Source: Yuukianura sp. NJ FZ-2021 (lineage: Eukaryota). From it: DNA of 64,000 bases. Of this stretch, positions 39,400 through 51,860 are shown piece by piece (position 1 is the first letter of the stretch; each line of letters begins with the position of its first letter). Where the stretch lies: contig CM102286.1 of assembly GCA_046563655.1 (NCBI GenBank), positions 10,850,001 to 10,914,000 of the forward strand, in the 5' to 3' direction. The notes under the pieces were generated by a model. That model made no database searches, was not told where the DNA came from, and saw only the letters and a list, made by a program, of their open reading frames with translations. Position numbers and translations under genes: made by a program.

Positions 39400-41260
39400 T
39401 GGAGTTGACTAGAACGAACATCCCAAAACCTGGGACAAAACCAAAAGAAGCTAATTAGTACAGAAAAATTAAAGAGAATGAGGGAAGGACAAAAACACTG
39501 TCTTAAGAAAATTTCCTTTTTACATCAGAGAAAAGGTTTTGTTGGAAACTTGCGTTCTACGAAAATGGCAAGCCAATGTTCTAAATGGCAGCCAAAGGGA
39601 TTATGTTGAAAATATCATGGCTATGTAAAGCATAAGAAAGTCCAATTAAATGAGAAAAAATAGGGAATCGACTTGCATTTGGTACGATACTGGGATCTAA
39701 TAACCTCTCACGAATCAGATCAGCGAGTTTGCGTAGAAAAATTCCAGCAGAGTTGAGCTGTGCAGGAGAAAGAAAGAGCGATTGAGAAGAACCGAGGAAA
39801 TCGGTCTTTAATTTTTCAGAAATAGAGCTATCGAAACCCGGAAAGAAAAATTTTTGCAATATTTAAACCAAGAAAACATTTTAATATCAGAACAGTTAAA
39901 AACTTACATATTTGGAAGATAACCGACGAATCAGAGATTCACAAGGCAAAAAGAGGTCATAATAATTGAAAACGGGTGCAACCCAGGAAACACCACCAAA
40001 GACCATATTGCATTGAGATTTTAGTTCGATCTGAACTCTCAAAAAATTGTACTCCGGAAGGATAGAAGTCCAAACAACAGGATAGTGTTTAGTAACTGCT
40101 CGATGACGCGCATAATGGTTGGGAGAAGTGAGCAGCCACTCACTTACTTTGAGATAGAAAAAACGAATAAGTACAACTAAAAAACGATATGGTTAAAATT
40201 TCATGGAAGCAAATTAGCAGAAACTTAGAGTTGTCAAAACCAGAAGAAAATCGCACGGAATAAGTGGGTTCGTAGTGAGTTGGGAGAAAACCCAATTAAA
40301 AAATACAACCCCGAAAAATATCTTTTTCCGATCTTTGACACAACTTTGTAGTAAGCAGCCACCGAGCCGTATCAACTAGAGAAAATATAGAAAGTTAAAT
40401 TATATGAGGTTTGTTATTTTGGAAAATAAATAGATAAAATCAAATAAATATTAATCATACCAAATCACGTAGGGGATGAAGTTTGGCCATTAAGTAAGGC
40501 ATATAAATGAATTGAATAATTTCAATCCCATATCTATCAATCCGCAGATTGGTAATTAGTTCAAAATCCCAAGATATCTTGTGCTCGCCACTCTTCCTGG
40601 GACTGGGCGGACTTCGGAGAAACGAGTTTACATGATCGGAGACTTGTTTTTGCGTGACGAGGTCAATATCACGAATCTGAAGTGCCCGTACATTAATGGA
40701 AGGAGACGCGGTGGGTTCTAAAACGGTAAAAATGGTTTTGGAAAAACGTTGATTTGGAATTGAATTGGAAGTGGAAGGTAGAGCAACTGGACAGTCAAAT
40801 TCAAAGGAACCGATAGGTCGGGAAATGTAGTTATCTTGAGTGTCATCATCTTCGTTAAGCAGAGCTTCGGGATAGAACAATTGGTTGTAATCCTATAACC
40901 CAGGTCCAGAACTAGACAAATTTAAAATACAGAGTTAGAGTCTTGCAAAAGGAAAAAGGAGACGGTAAACATTGGAGTTCCAGTTAAAACCTGCTTACAG
41001 GGGAGAGATGGCTATTAAGCACTCATCATTGGAACCCAAGGTTGAATTTGTAGGATAGCAGGCGTTGATAGATTTGAAGAATAAGTAACCGTAAGAGAGG
41101 TTGGAGTAGCAGAAGAACAAAGAAGCGATTCTTCCCAGCGGCGTTTCGGACTTTGGAAGATAGGGCTGGAGAATCCAGGATAGGAAAATTCACCGGTTGA
41201 AGACGAAACGAAGTTAGTCACCGACAGACAGACATAAAGTAGTTTTAAATTCGGAGAAAT
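39400..41260 (-). pseudogene. Decayed multi-exon gene(s) of unknown family
   Basis: Coding-like blocks (e.g. 39581-39859, 40455-40880, 41015-41221) separated by short introns with minus-strand GTAAG donors. No recognisable domain. Confidence 0.3.
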
Positions 41261-41279
41261 CTAAATTCAAAAAATCTGA

Positions 41280-41490
41280 TCTAAATCGGCCTCAACATAA
41301 GGCATCTCGAGCATAATGTAAATTCGTCGGCGAATCTTTCTCAACCTATGTTGTTCAGCTGCAATAGCGAGCTGGTCTTGAAGCTCAAGTTCAGCTAAAT
41401 CGTTCCGAATCCGAGATTCACAAAATGGCGAGACGTGTGAACGTCCGATTTGTTTCTAGCGATTAATTCCACAACGAAACGAAAATTACT
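41280..41490 (-). pseudogene. Small coiled-coil-like gene fragment, copy 1
   Basis: ESRIRNDLAELELQDQLAIAAEQHRLRKIRRRIYIMLEMP; nucleotide homologue at 55467-55690. Confidence 0.55.
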
Positions 41491-43052
41491 TTACTCTATG
41501 CACAGTATAGATATACAGTATATGTAATAGGTAGTAATACGGAGGAGATGGGCATTAGAACCGTAACTTCGGTGTACACGCCGAATCGAAACTAATTTAC
41601 GGAAATCGGCGTAAGGCATGTAGGCTTCAATAAAAGCTAAGTTAATTATGGGATTAGAAACAAAATTAATAAAAGCTAAAACCGAAAGTAGAAACCTGCA
41701 AAGATCAACCGCATAAATTATTCCTAGCATGGAAGCTGAACCTAACTCTCCAAAAATACTAGCCCCAATTCCATTCGGAAATAATTTAGCTTGCTCGTCG
41801 AGGTTCTGCAATGCCTAACTATTATACTTTTCCAAAATAGGAAAATGAAAATATAAATTTTTTAAGTCATTAGGGTACAGATACGAACTAATAATTTTGG
41901 TACGAGCATAAGGCGTCGTGGAAAGAAAATGATTCTCAGCTGGAATCGAAATTTGAATATCAGGAATTCTTGGAAGTTTTCCTAGGAAAAACAAATTTTC
42001 CGTTTCAGTGATTGTTACTGAAAATGGGAGGTTTGAAAGAATTAGCTTGTTTAAATAACCGTTAAAATTTTCAGCCTTAAATGAAGAAGTAGAGGCACGC
42101 CGTTTGACGGAAGTAGATTCAGATATGACTCTAAAATAGTAAAAGTTGGTTACTAAACTTAAAGAGTGTCTAGTAAAATATGCAAAACAGGTTAAACTTA
42201 CGTGTTTTGAGGCCAACAAAGGATGGATTCTCAAGCAAAGCGATAGGTTCGGTCACAACGGGAGACTTCGTTCGCATTTTTGAAATTTTGAGTGTCCTAA
42301 CTTGAACTCTTCAGAAAAGATTTAATAGAATATGGAGCGATTAGATTACAGCGTTATTGGAAAACATCATGTTGGCTAAAAATATGATACGGTAGTTAAG
42401 AAATTGAATTGTTTTAGAAAAAATTGAAAGCGTGAAAAATCCATAATTTTGACACCCCTACTATCGAAATAAAGAAAAAACCACTTAAGCCTAGTGACTA
42501 ATTTCAGTTGATGAATTCGATTTACTTTAACTACGGTTGAGATTTAATTAAAAAAAAATTTTTTTTCAGTATTTTCAATAACATTGGGTATATGTGCCTT
42601 TTTTGCGGAATGCGAGATTGTGGAAAATTGGAGACTCAGTTAGTCCGACTCCAGTACGAAGGTCAGGAAGAAGTAACGTCCGAAGGTTACTTAAGAATAA
42701 AAATAAAAATGTTTAAAAATTATAAGAAGTACAATTGAGCATATTTTAGGATTTATGACTCTTTAAAAAAAATAATAATAATAAAACTAAGGTTGGAAAA
42801 AAACATACAAGGGAGAAAAGTGAGGTTACGAGCACAAAGTGAAAGCCTGATGTTGAGACGTACGCAGTGTAAACTAGTGAACAAAGTGGATAATGGGACT
42901 CTTTGATTAGTTGAAATACAACACAAGCCTTTTAAAGAATGGGATGAGGTTTAAATGCAAATATTTTGCTGCAAAATATTATCGTCTAGAACCATTTTAT
43001 GTTTACATAAAAATTTGCTAAATGCATACATAGCTAAAGAGAAGATACAAAC

Positions 43053-44320
43053 CTTAAATAGAATGGATAATATTCGCGTTCCTTGACTACATCGGGTGGA
43101 GGAATAGTACCCAAGAAGCCACATCTGCATTGGGTCAACCTGGCATCGTAGACAGTTTTCATGTCGGATAAGGCGACAACATTAAGCGTCTCATCTGAAA
43201 TAAAAAGACAAAGAGAATTTATTTAGATAAGAAGGAAGTAAGCGAGTGTAATAGAATTCAGAGAAAACTTACTAAGGGAATATTCCATATTAAATACCAT
43301 ATGCATACATCCAGGTGAAGTGACAACCATGTCACCTTTATGCTGAACATATACGGTGTATTTAATACCCCACTTATGGAGCGTCCGAGGATGGATCATG
43401 AAACCTTTGGTTTTCAACAAGGCGTCACAATTTTCATCAGTAATCTCTTTGATCTTCTCCACCAGTTTTTTAGAATTTTCAAGGTTGAAAAGGATCCAAA
43501 ATTTCGAATAGCCATCCACCATATATTTGATGCTGAAACAACAGCAATCCTCCACATGGGCTCCAGTACCACGGCAACGTTCACTGATGTACACGGCTGG
43601 ACACGTTACACCCATAATTCCAATCTATAAATTACGAAAGTACCGTTTTTAGGAAAACAGATTTATATTAGAAGGAATGAAAAACATAAAGTGAAAAGAG
43701 ATTGATATTTGGAATAAAATTAAAAATCGAAAATAAAATGGAACTTACACCAACGTGCCCAGAAAGGCGATTTAATCCCCGATCCATTTTCCAGAAGTAT
43801 AAAGGATCTCGGAAACAATTTAAGTCAATCCCATGATCCGGAGAAGACGCCACAGTCCGGAAATTCATTTCCTGATAAAACCCTCGGGAACCAACAGTTT
43901 CTTTAAAGAATCGATCGATTCCAGCTCGATCCCAGATATAATCAGTTTCACGAAAACAATATAGAGAATAAAGCAAAAAATAAATTAAAAACCGATCGTT
44001 TTACAATACCTTGTCTGTTTGATTATAAGGCCAGTTCGAGTATCACGGGTATCACAAACACGGTAGCGACTCATACCGTTGATCCCTTTTAGGTTGATTT
44101 TGGTGTAAAACTCCTCCAAATTATAAATCGTAGAATCGCCAACCGGTATGGCTAAAAAGGAATCCAATTTTTTTTGGTCGACTTTGATGTTCGGGTTATT
44201 CCGGACCCGAATAACAAAAGCACCAACGCTGTCAATTTGTTTGATGTGCCGTTCTCGAATATACGGAATATAATAGCCAGTAGCTACGAGCCGAATTCCA
44301 GTGATTTCATGGATAAACAT
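43053..44320 (-). pseudogene. KDM4/JMJD2-like JmjN-JmjC histone demethylase gene (divergent; one acceptor appears damaged)
   Basis: Exons ~44320-44010, ~43950-43749, 43624-43273, 43194-43053. GVTCPAVY..GAHVEDCCCFSIKY..SKFW..LHKWGI..QHKGDMVVTSPGCMHMVFN..NETLN..QCRC parallels KDM4 GVNTPYLY..WHTEDMDLYSINY..PKSW..QEAGEFMITFPYGYHAGFN..AESTN..CxC. Confidence 0.8.
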
Positions 44321-44722
44321 TGTGAGTTGAGCATGGGCTGGTATTTTAGGTGTTGCTAGAGTTAGGATGGTGTCGTTATGTTGCCAAGTGATTGCTGACG
44401 ATGTACAAAGATAATCAGCCGTAGGTCGTATGATAATATTTGCACAGATATAAGTCGAGTGTTGTACGTTTCGATAGAAATGGGATGGGAAAGTTTACTA
44501 ATTTACCCAAAGTCCAACTATTAGTGTCAATGTGATTAGTTGAAGACACTGAAACAAGACTGTGTACTTCACTAATCCGCAAAAGAAACAGGAGAAAGTT
44601 TTGGTAATCGGAGACACTAGAAACCATGTTGAAGTTAAGTCAAAACAGTAGAATTGTATGTGAAAGCGGCGAAAAAGTGAGGAAGAAGTGGTACCTTAGT
44701 CCCTTCACACCGCTATTCTTTT

Positions 44723-45112
44723 AGGAACATCTACGGAGACTTGGCCTATCCTCTTCTTAACTATGCTGAGCTCGTCGGTCCAGGCGGAACCTTCACCACC
44801 TCAGAGCTCACTGTGGTATCCTGTCTTCAGAATTTCAGCTATTGTCCTACCTAACTACAAACTTCTGCTGGTTGACTCCAGCGTCCATAAGCGTTCGGAT
44901 TGTCCAACCGATTAGAGCAGTTATGGGGCATTTCTAGCCACATGCCATAACCCCGGTCAAAACATACACCAGTTGCTAAGGGTCTACCACATTACCCCGA
45001 CTTGTCCCCTACAGACGGGATCGATCAAGTCCTTACATGGACTCGGACCTCCAGCTGTCTTTCTTGAACACTACTCATATTCACAGGGTCCACCCTTCCC
45101 CGTGAAGAAGTC
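44723..45112 (-). ncRNA. Conserved ~390-nt structured RNA element, copy 2
   Basis: Homologous to 37297-37682, with compensatory and consistent substitutions in stems. Confidence 0.65.
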
Positions 45113-47084
45113 AATCTTAAATTATTGCTATTTCTCAGCAAGAGCTTTCCCTTGCTTCTTTTGAACTTTTGAACTTCGGTTCAGATTCTAGTCACTTTAA
45201 TCAAGTTGGAAATCTCGTCCAACAACTCTATTTTCTCTATGTTCAGTCTTTGGGTTAAATATTTGAGAATGAGATCATGTGTAACTTCCTAAGACAATAG
45301 GTCAATAGGTGCCATCGCATAGTTATAGGTCAGCAATGGCTGTTAAGGAACATTACGTTGTATTTCTGAAAAGAGTCCTTGCTTTGATAACTTTGATCAA
45401 ATTCGTTAATGTTTTTAGAATTTCCTGGAGCGTTTCTCAAAGTTTAATTCATCTTGATTAATTTAACGTTAATTATTTTGCGTTAGTGTTTTTCGTTAAG
45501 GTTTTGATTAATTTTCTAATTTTATTTGAAAGTGAAATAAGAAATGAAACTTTTTGGTTTTATAGATAGGAGTAATGTGTTAAATATGAGATGAGTTGAA
45601 ATGAGAATTAAGTAAACTGATCGTTATTGCTCTGATTAAACAGAGTAAAAATTTCAATTGAGAATATGCGAACATACCCCTTAGCACTCTACTGTGAATT
45701 TAGGACCTTATCCCTCCTGTACTCTACTTATGAGTTTTTCAACATTTGGAGAATTTTAAATTTTCGCGCCATTTCAACTTGTCGGATTTTCTGTTAAAAA
45801 TGTATCCTACATATTGTCCTGATCTCTGTGACCTACCTATTGACCTTTCTAGAAGCCTTAAGGGCTGAACGGAAGGATCACAGTAGAACCTCCATTGAAA
45901 CGGGGTGAAATCTTAGCGCTAATTAAAATCTCTATTTTAACATTTCTGCTCAATTGTTCTCTGAAAACAATTGGGCTACGCTGATGCTCGTAGCTTCTGC
46001 AGGTCTAATACCCGTCACCCCCTCGTGACCTAACCCTTTGACCTTTCCGGGCCCTTAAGACACTACCTAATCTAAATACCTAGGATGAGATAGGGCCGAA
46101 CCCAACTGATCCACCTGCCCCTACTCGACCATCCTGACGTCATATGGAAATTGGTCCCATCAGTCCCACCTACCAGCCTAACTACCCACGTTACTGTTGG
46201 GATTGAAAAGGACTAACTCTAGCTATTATGACAATAAAAGAGTATGACTGTTTAATTACCTCCTTCAGCTGCAGTTGAATTCGCAACGCCTAGGTTCAGA
46301 GCAGAAAGTGTAGCCAACAGCGGAAGGATGGATTTTGTAGAATTTATTTTTCCCGAAAGAATACCCTTGAAATGATCCCGTTGAGAGCTTATAAGAAAAG
46401 CTAATTTGAAAATGACTTAACCTCAAGTTCTTAGCTAGAAAGCGAATTTAAGATTGACTTACTTCTAACAGAGTTTTCACTAGTATTTGTAACCTAGATC
46501 TTGACCCACGCTATCCTCAAGGTTTGACCACCCTTGGCAACACCCTTGGGACTCAAGTCCGTGATGAGACGTTAATGACCAGAATTTATGGTCAAATTTC
46601 AGTCATTAATGTTTGATATCAGGCAAAGTTGCGATCGTATGCAAATTGATAACTTGTTAGTTTGTATTAGAATCATTCGTTCACAGGCTGATTCCCCATG
46701 TTCAACAAGTGTAGAACTTGTTGAGCAAGTTACTTTGTTACGTCAGCCTTTTTCCTATCTGTAAGTTGCAAAGATCATTTCCCATAAATATTTGCAAAAG
46801 TGACTTGGTCTGATGTTGACTCATCCCGAAATTCACGAAATTCGGGATAATTCAAAATCCGACGTTACACTCATGCTGAAAGATTTTGCGTTCCGTTTTT
46901 AAAAACGATAAAATGCGCGTTTTGTGCTTAGATTGTCAAGACGTGCATGATTGTGCCATAAATGGACGCATACATCATTAATATGCATCATAATCACGAA
47001 ATACCTGGTCCAATCAAAACTAGCAACGTTCCCGCCACAGCTAAATACAACTGCGTTGTGAAACTATCCTGATTAACATGGATG

Positions 47085-50010
47085 TTAGAATTTGTAAGTA
47101 GTGAACTTCCGTGGTTTAGTACCAAGGAATCGGTTTTTTAGAGTAAGATTTGGTTGATTAGAGGAATCCGTGCTACTGATATGCTGGACTCCACCAATGT
47201 AAATGAATTCAGTAATGTTGTTCAAATTTTGACGTGGTCTACTGGACAATGGTTGTTTATATGGGTGGTACCCATGTGATTGAAGAAAAGAGAAGTGAGA
47301 TAACCTGCCATGAGCCTCTGAGTAGTTGAGGACTGATTGAACTTGTACAGAATTAATAGCAACTGCGGATATGCTATGGGTTTGATCATGTGCGTGCGAA
47401 CACAAAGCGTTTTCATCTTCGATAAATTTACCAAGAGTAGTTGTAGTACAAATCATGTTACAAGCGTCGGTTAAATCTGCAGTTTTGAATGTCGAATTGC
47501 TAATGATCGGAAACGCATAAGAATGGTCACCGGAATGTGATGTCAAAGCTGTGCACCATCCCGTTTCATCTTCCAAAGAATATCCTAACTGTCTCCCATC
47601 CATGTATTCCTTCACCATTGGAAAATATGCGATCAATTCATGCCAGTCTTCTAATTGATGCAAGGGGAGTCGGAAAGTAATATGCTTGTCCAATTCAAGT
47701 TCTGAGAAGTATTCTTTAATATGATCAAACTGTATTCTGTAGAAAGCTTTAAATGCCAACGACGTAGTTTTAACTGTCCCCATGTACGTCTGCGTCCAAC
47801 CTGACTGACGAGGACTGGCTCTTGGCCGTTTTTCGAAATCTGAAATTCTGAAACCCGGAAGTGGTTTCTCATTGTCCAAAAACACTTTTGGCACTATTCC
47901 CGTTTCACAACGCGAAAAAAAAAGAATTCGACCCGGGGTGGGGTTGAACCCATATCGGGCGAAACGGCGAAAGTGACCTTTTTCGGGGTGGGGGCCCTAT
48001 CCTCTGGACCAAAACCTAGTTAGCTGTTCCCGTTGGTAAAAAAGTAATTATTGATGCATACCTGCAGGGAAAAATGGAAGGTACAAGAAAAACGTTTTTT
48101 TTTCGTAAAACCGACGTAGTTCCTCTCATTATTAAAGTGAAAGTCAAAGTATTTCACAAATATGGAGTCGTCAGAGGTTAATCCTATTACAATCGCAAGA
48201 AAATTTGTTCGGATTGTAGAAAAGGAGTTCAAAGGACATGATATTCCCAATCATAGTGAAAGTACAGAACTATTTGCAAGAAAACTGTTTAAATTGTTCT
48301 TGCAAATGCTGGATGATTTCGTTTTAGCCGAAGAAGAAGACTTGACGATTCATGGTACATCAAGACATCAGAATCTGGAATTTAAACTTTTTACTCCAAA
48401 AACTTGTACACACTGTACATTTTTCATATTATTTCACATAAGGTGAAAGTGTCTGACAACAATTTAAAATTAAACTTTCTAGACATCAATGAACGGGACG
48501 AATCGTTTGCTATAGAGCAAGAGATGGAAGTCAACGAAATTCCACTTGAAGAGAGTACGAATTGTCAAATTCGCGGATTCTCACCCAAAGTATAGCCTTT
48601 CGACGCTTCAACATAATGGATGTGCTTCGCTTTCTTCGAAATCAAAACTTGCAATTTGGAGAAATCATAGTTTTTAACCCTATGATACGCTACTCTTTTG
48701 TAGCTGCAGGATTTCTGGAATCCAGCGACAAGAAGAATTTTTTTTTCAGTTGAGCAGATTTGCTTTCACTGGAAGAAAGGAGACTCACCGATTTGCAAAA
48801 AATGTCAAAAAGAAAGTCGTTTCATCCGATGCAGTCATTGTAATAAGATACTTTGTTTTTCATGTTTCTTTTTTGAATATCACATTACAGAGTGCGAATA
48901 TTCTAAAAACATGTTAACTTTCAAAAATTGAAAAAAATTTAAAATTGTTACGATTTTAGACGAAAGTAAGTCACTTTGTTTTTTTTTAACTGGGATATTA
49001 AATTAGATAAACCTTGAGTATTTGCGAAAAACGGGGGAAAGATCGTAATTTGTTTGTTGTAGAATGCTCCTCTTAAGAGCAATTAGTGTCGTTGTTAATT
49101 TTAATCGGTTAACTTTTAATTTGAAAAAAATTTCTTTGACTTTCACTTTCCCTCTTCCTGTGCGCATGAAAAACTAATTTTCTAGGGACCAGCCCTGTGA
49201 TCTTTGTTTTGGTCCAGGGGATAGAGTCCCCACCCCGAAAAAGGTCACTTTCGCCGTTTCGCCCGACAGGTGTTCAATCCCACCCCGGGTCGAATTCTTT
49301 TTTTTTCGCGTTGTGAAACGGGAATGGTGCCAAAAGTGTTTTTGAACAATGAGAAACCACTTCCGTGTTTCAGAATTTCAGATTTCGAAAAACGGCCAAG
49401 AGCCAGTCCTCGTGAGTATAGAAATACATGCAATCTAGGAATGGGTTGTACCAAAATGTATCGCAATCCAAAGAGACAAAAAAGGAGAGGCCACTATTAC
49501 TTCGGAGGTCAAACTTGGCTAACATCATCGAATTGGTCAGTATCGATCAGAGCTGTAAAAGCGATAAGGTTGAGTGCGATAAAAATGGTGACGATTACAT
49601 CTTCCCGGTGCTGCATGCCGATATAACTGATACCTCGGTCTGTCAGAGTACTAAGCTGTTCTCGGAGAATGGACGACAACGGAACTATGCGGTTTGTTTG
49701 AAACGTGGAGTTTGCTTCTGGCATATAAAAATGATTCCGTAATTGTAGAGAAGCCAACACCTCTGGTAGAGATATGAGTTTCGGATGTTGGAAAAACTAA
49801 TTATAAAAATCCTGTTCCTTGAACTGTTGGAATTTCAATGTTGCGTTAACTTTGAACTGTTGCGGAATGCGTTTATCATAGATGTCGGCTAAGAGGAGGA
49901 CTGGTGGAAATTTGACCGCTGATTCTCGTATTCTATTAGTTCCTTCCTGCCAAAGAGGGCTCCCCCATCCGTCGGATATCTCCACGAGCTCGATTGCTTC
50001 TGCCATTCTG
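47085..50010 (-). pseudogene. Unknown-family intronless gene P2, split by a DNA transposon
   Basis: Removing 47809-49412 and one TGA restores FWYNPFLDCMYFYT-QSGWTQTYMGTVKTTSLAFKAFY, colinear with the paralogue at 50480-51860. Confidence 0.7.
47809..49412 (+). mobile_element. Tc4/Tc5-like DNA transposon, internally deleted
   Basis: 207-bp TIRs (47809-48015 and 49206-49412) starting CGAGGACTGG. TGA TSD (47806-47808, 49413-49415) in a C-TGA-G site. Internal transposase N-terminus (VNPITIARKFV) is joined to a Cys-rich C-terminus (CKKC..RCSHC..LCFSCF) with the DDE core deleted. Confidence 0.9.
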
Positions 50011-50479
50011 GAAGAAGCAAAACAATCAATATTCGAAAATCGACAACTCCGAGGAAAAATATGTTTGGTTAATGATGGATAAGATGAATGGGATCAAGAA
50101 GGAACAGAAGGACAACATATCAGTCAAAAATCGAAAAAGTGGTTAAATCGGAGGTGGAACCAAAAAAGTCGGTCGACATTCCCTTAATTTAAAGCCATGG
50201 CATTCTGCACCCAGTATACCTAACGGTGTGAGTAAATTATAGTGCATAATTTTTGTCAAAATGTTAACCGAGTTATCAGAAATATGATGGCTATTTTAAA
50301 ACGAATTTACTCAAAATGTGGTGTGTGCAGTCATAACAGCTAACTTAATTTATTAATAAGAGTAACGTCAGAGCAAAATCAATTAGATTAGCAGTGAAAG
50401 TACAAATAATTACATTCACGATCCTATGATTGGAGTCACAATTTGTCTCTTTAAAGTTTTGGGTAGGATTACAAAGATA

Positions 50480-51860
50480 CAGAGAATCATATATAAAAAG
50501 TGAAAAATAACGTATCAGCTATCGACGTTTAAGTATAGATTTAGTACCTCCGCGTCTGTCGGTGCAGAGATTATGACTGGATACATTCAAAATACATTGT
50601 TTCAATACGTTCAGGTAAAAGTTGTCAAGGTCGTCTGAACAGCTGTTGAATAGGTAGTTGGAAACCGTCATTAGCTAGTTTAGACATATCAATTGCCCCA
50701 CCACTGTATTCAGAGAAAGATTGGATAGCCTGAAGTTGGTCATAGTTAATTCGTAATTGGCATATTCTGTTAAGTGCGCGGTTGGGGGTAAAGATACCCA
50801 TGTGATCTAAATTGTGCACCGTTCCGTGACTTTGGGAGCATCCTGCCCCGTGTTCTTCAATATATTTGCCAAACCGTGTTGTAGTACAAATCGGATGACC
50901 AGTTTAAAAGCGATCGGCTGTTGCAAACATAGGATTTGTGGGAACGGGAAAGGCGTACGTGTGATCCCCGATTTGCCCTTGGAGTGGTGTACACCAACCA
51001 GTGTAATCATCGAATGCTTTAGGTTTGTGTTTTAGTCTTCTATGCTCGCGAATAAGGGGATGATATGCCATAACTTCAAGGCAAAACCTCAATTTTTGAG
51101 CAGGTAAGAGGAATGCAAACTGTTTGGTGTGTTCAAGGAAATAGAAGTGTTCATAAATGTCGTTAAATTGTTGGCTGTAGAACGCTTTAAATGGTAAACT
51201 GTCCGGCCTAACATTTCGCATGTTTAGTCGTAGAGGAACGCTATTTTGTTGCGGATACATATTATCCGTAAATGGGTTATACCAGAATAATCGAGTGGGA
51301 AGTAAGAGATAACAGCAACCAACTTGAGCTCTTAAGTCAATCCAGACCTGATTAACTCTCTCTGGCAAAGAGATATTCGAACAGCTGACCCTAGCCATCT
51401 GATGGTTTGTAATGACAATGGCCGATTGGTGTCCAGAAAACTTCTTGAAACCGATATATAGTAAATTAGGGTTATCGAATAATGATTGGAGTTGTGAAAG
51501 TAGAAGAGGTGGAATGATGATGAGTTTCCCTAATTTAAATGTAGGGGTTCCGAGTCCCTCCATGAAGTGATTACAAAGTTGAATACAGGCCAAGACTTCT
51601 CCAAGCACTAGCATCGTGGTATTATGCAGAAACCATGTAAAAAACTCCATTATTTTGAGCGGCTGCGGGGTGATCGTGGAGCTCAGCTCGACCGTTGGAC
51701 AGCGTTGATCAATGGGGCCATATCCAGCGCGTCCAGTTCCTACAGCTTCGAGAACATCTGTTACATCCCTTGATCGATCCCATTGGTTACGAGGAATATC
51801 GGACGTCCAAAGAATGGGGAACTGCCATGTACTATTTGAATTACGATTGTCGTTAACTCG
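50480..51860 (-). pseudogene. Unknown-family intronless gene P1 (tandem paralogue of P2)
   Basis: EVLACIQLCNHF, FWYNPF, FKAFY, DYTGWCT, GDHTYAFP and a frameshifted tail INYDQLQAIQSFSE, each matched in P2. Confidence 0.7.

Noticed and set aside
37297..45112. The two RNA-element copies as the paired LTRs of one retrotransposon
   Set aside because: No TG..CA ends, TSD, PBS or PPT seen, divergence is concentrated in loops, and no gag/pol lies between them.
47809..47894. N-terminus of ORF 47085-47894, and ORF 49270-49626, as a duplicated gene
   Set aside because: The shared PKVFL..EKRPRASPR peptide is just translation of the transposon TIR.
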